Assembly (NCBI GenBank): GCA_022447825.1
Contig: JAKUTY010000006.1
Coordinates: forward strand, 242 to 64,241
Source: SAR202 cluster bacterium
GTDB lineage: Bacteria > Chloroflexota > Dehalococcoidia > Lucifugimonadales > UBA826
Reading direction: 5' to 3'
DNA: 64,000 bases
The translations under genes were made by a program, and so were the position numbers. The notes under the pieces are model-generated. The model was not told where the DNA came from. It saw nothing but the letters and a program-made list of their open reading frames with translations, and searched no databases. Every line of letters begins with the position of its first letter. Position 1 is the first letter of the stretch. This document shows positions 63,278 to 64,000 of the stretch, one piece after another.

Positions 63278-64000
63278 TTATTCGCTATCGCCTGTCATTC
63301 CTTCCAATAATTGAGGTGTATACCAAATTTGATAGTCTGTTGCTTCCACACCATCAGCAAGGTATTCACTGCCATCTTGGAAATTCAATGGACCCGTAAA
63401 CAGGTTTTTACTTCCATCCATCAACTCATTCATTAAAGAATCTAATTTAGTAACCTCATCATCAGTTAAAATATCGCTCTTTTTAAAACCAATAGTTGAA
63501 GTGTCATGATTATTCCAATCCCTAGCATCGGGACCTGCCCAAACAAATTGTGGGGCAAATGTACCGTCAACAACATTCTCTGCAGCATTAAGATATTCTG
63601 GGCCCCAATTAAAGTACGGAACACCCAGACAAACTTCTGGAGCTGTTGCACACGAATCCTCATAGTCATATCCAACTACAAACACATCTTCACCTTCAGC
63701 TGCTCTTTGACTAGTCACAACCAAAGCTTCAGGAGTGTCAATATGAGAAATTATCACATCTGCGCCAGCATCAAAAAATTCGTTAGCAACTTGTGTTGGA
63801 TCTGATGTAACTCCAGGTATATGGAACCAAAAACCAATCCAAACTACATCAAATTTTAATTCTGCGTCTCCCTCATAACATGCCTTTGCTCCCAAATAAG
63901 CAGCATTAGTTAATCTCCGAGTTTCATCATTAATTAATGGACCTAAAAATCCTATATGGCCTGTAGTAGTTCTCAAAGCTGCAGCACAACCTGCAAGCAT
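63278..64000 (-). CDS. BMP-family (Med/PnrA-like) ABC substrate-binding protein, C-terminal 240 aa; N-terminus lies beyond the window end
   Basis: GHIGFLGPLINDETRRLTNAAYLGAKA, DVVWIGFWFHIPG and ADVIISHIDTPEA match the BMP/PnrA nucleoside-binding lipoprotein layout. Confidence 0.75.
   Translation of the reverse strand: MLAGCAAALRTTTGHIGFLGPLINDETRRLTNAAYLGAKACYEGDAELKFDVVWIGFWFHIPGVTSDPTQVANEFFDAGADVIISHIDTPEALVVTSQRAAEGEDVFVVGYDYEDSCATAPEVCLGVPYFNWGPEYLNAAENVVDGTFAPQFVWAGPDARDWNNHDTSTIGFKKSDILTDDEVTKLDSLMNELMDGSKNLFTGPLNFQDGSEYLADGVEATDYQIWYTPQLLEGMTGDSE

Noticed and set aside
1-64000. Alternative genetic code (TGA = Gly or Trp, codes 25/4) as the explanation for the two in-frame TGAs
   Set aside because: TGA clearly functions as a normal stop in several well-delimited genes here. 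Examples are 9532..9852, 13135..14049, 44085..44600 and 44601..45497. Their protein ends match family expectations and the next gene or SD follows immediately. Global reassignment therefore does not fit. Site-specific recoding or mutation is the better frame.
1-64000. CRISPR arrays, rRNA genes, IS elements, integrases, prophage or toxin-antitoxin/defence modules
   Set aside because: I found no regularly spaced direct repeats and no transposase, integrase or recombinase-like ORF. I also found no terminal inverted repeats flanking a gene block and no recognisable defence-gene motifs. Every long ORF has a metabolic, transport or housekeeping character, or is one of the listed unknowns.

Overview
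The window is AT-rich and very tightly packed. It holds about 70 protein-coding genes on both strands and two tRNAs, tRNA-Leu(CAA) and tRNA-Asn(GTT). I saw no rRNA, CRISPR array, transposase, integrase or obvious prophage. The content is mostly housekeeping genes (dnaN, lexA, rnd, guaC, msrB, hpt, a cyclophilin, DegV) mixed with a very paralog-rich set of catabolic enzymes. These include 3 HpcH/HpaI aldolases plus a CitE-like lyase, 3 CaiB/BaiF family-III CoA-transferases and 2 GMC oxidoreductases. There are also 2 D-2-hydroxyacid dehydrogenases, 2 thiolase-like/DUF35 pairs, an enolase-superfamily enzyme, an LLM flavin monooxygenase with its FMN reductase, a dienelactone hydrolase, an amidohydrolase and an amidase. 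Transport genes comprise 2 MFS, 1 MATE, 1 RND and a BMP-type nucleoside ABC system. This profile, together with PAC2, DegV and many 4-nt convergent gene overlaps, suggests a streamlined marine heterotroph, possibly a SAR202-like Chloroflexota; that is inference only and no marker gene is present. Three things deserve a second look. (1) An in-frame TGA sits exactly at the first Cys position of the CxxC motif of a membrane-anchored thioredoxin-fold protein, with a downstream hairpin, making it a candidate UxxC selenoprotein. (2) A second in-frame TGA lies inside the conserved Gly-rich C-terminal motif of a thiolase-like gene and is followed by an unusually GC-rich, hairpin-forming in-frame tail. 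(3) A co-transcribed tandem pair of giant (about 990 and 820 aa), strongly acidic coiled-coil lipoproteins has conserved termini and no family I can recognise. All functional calls come from reading the translated ORFs by eye. No database search was run.
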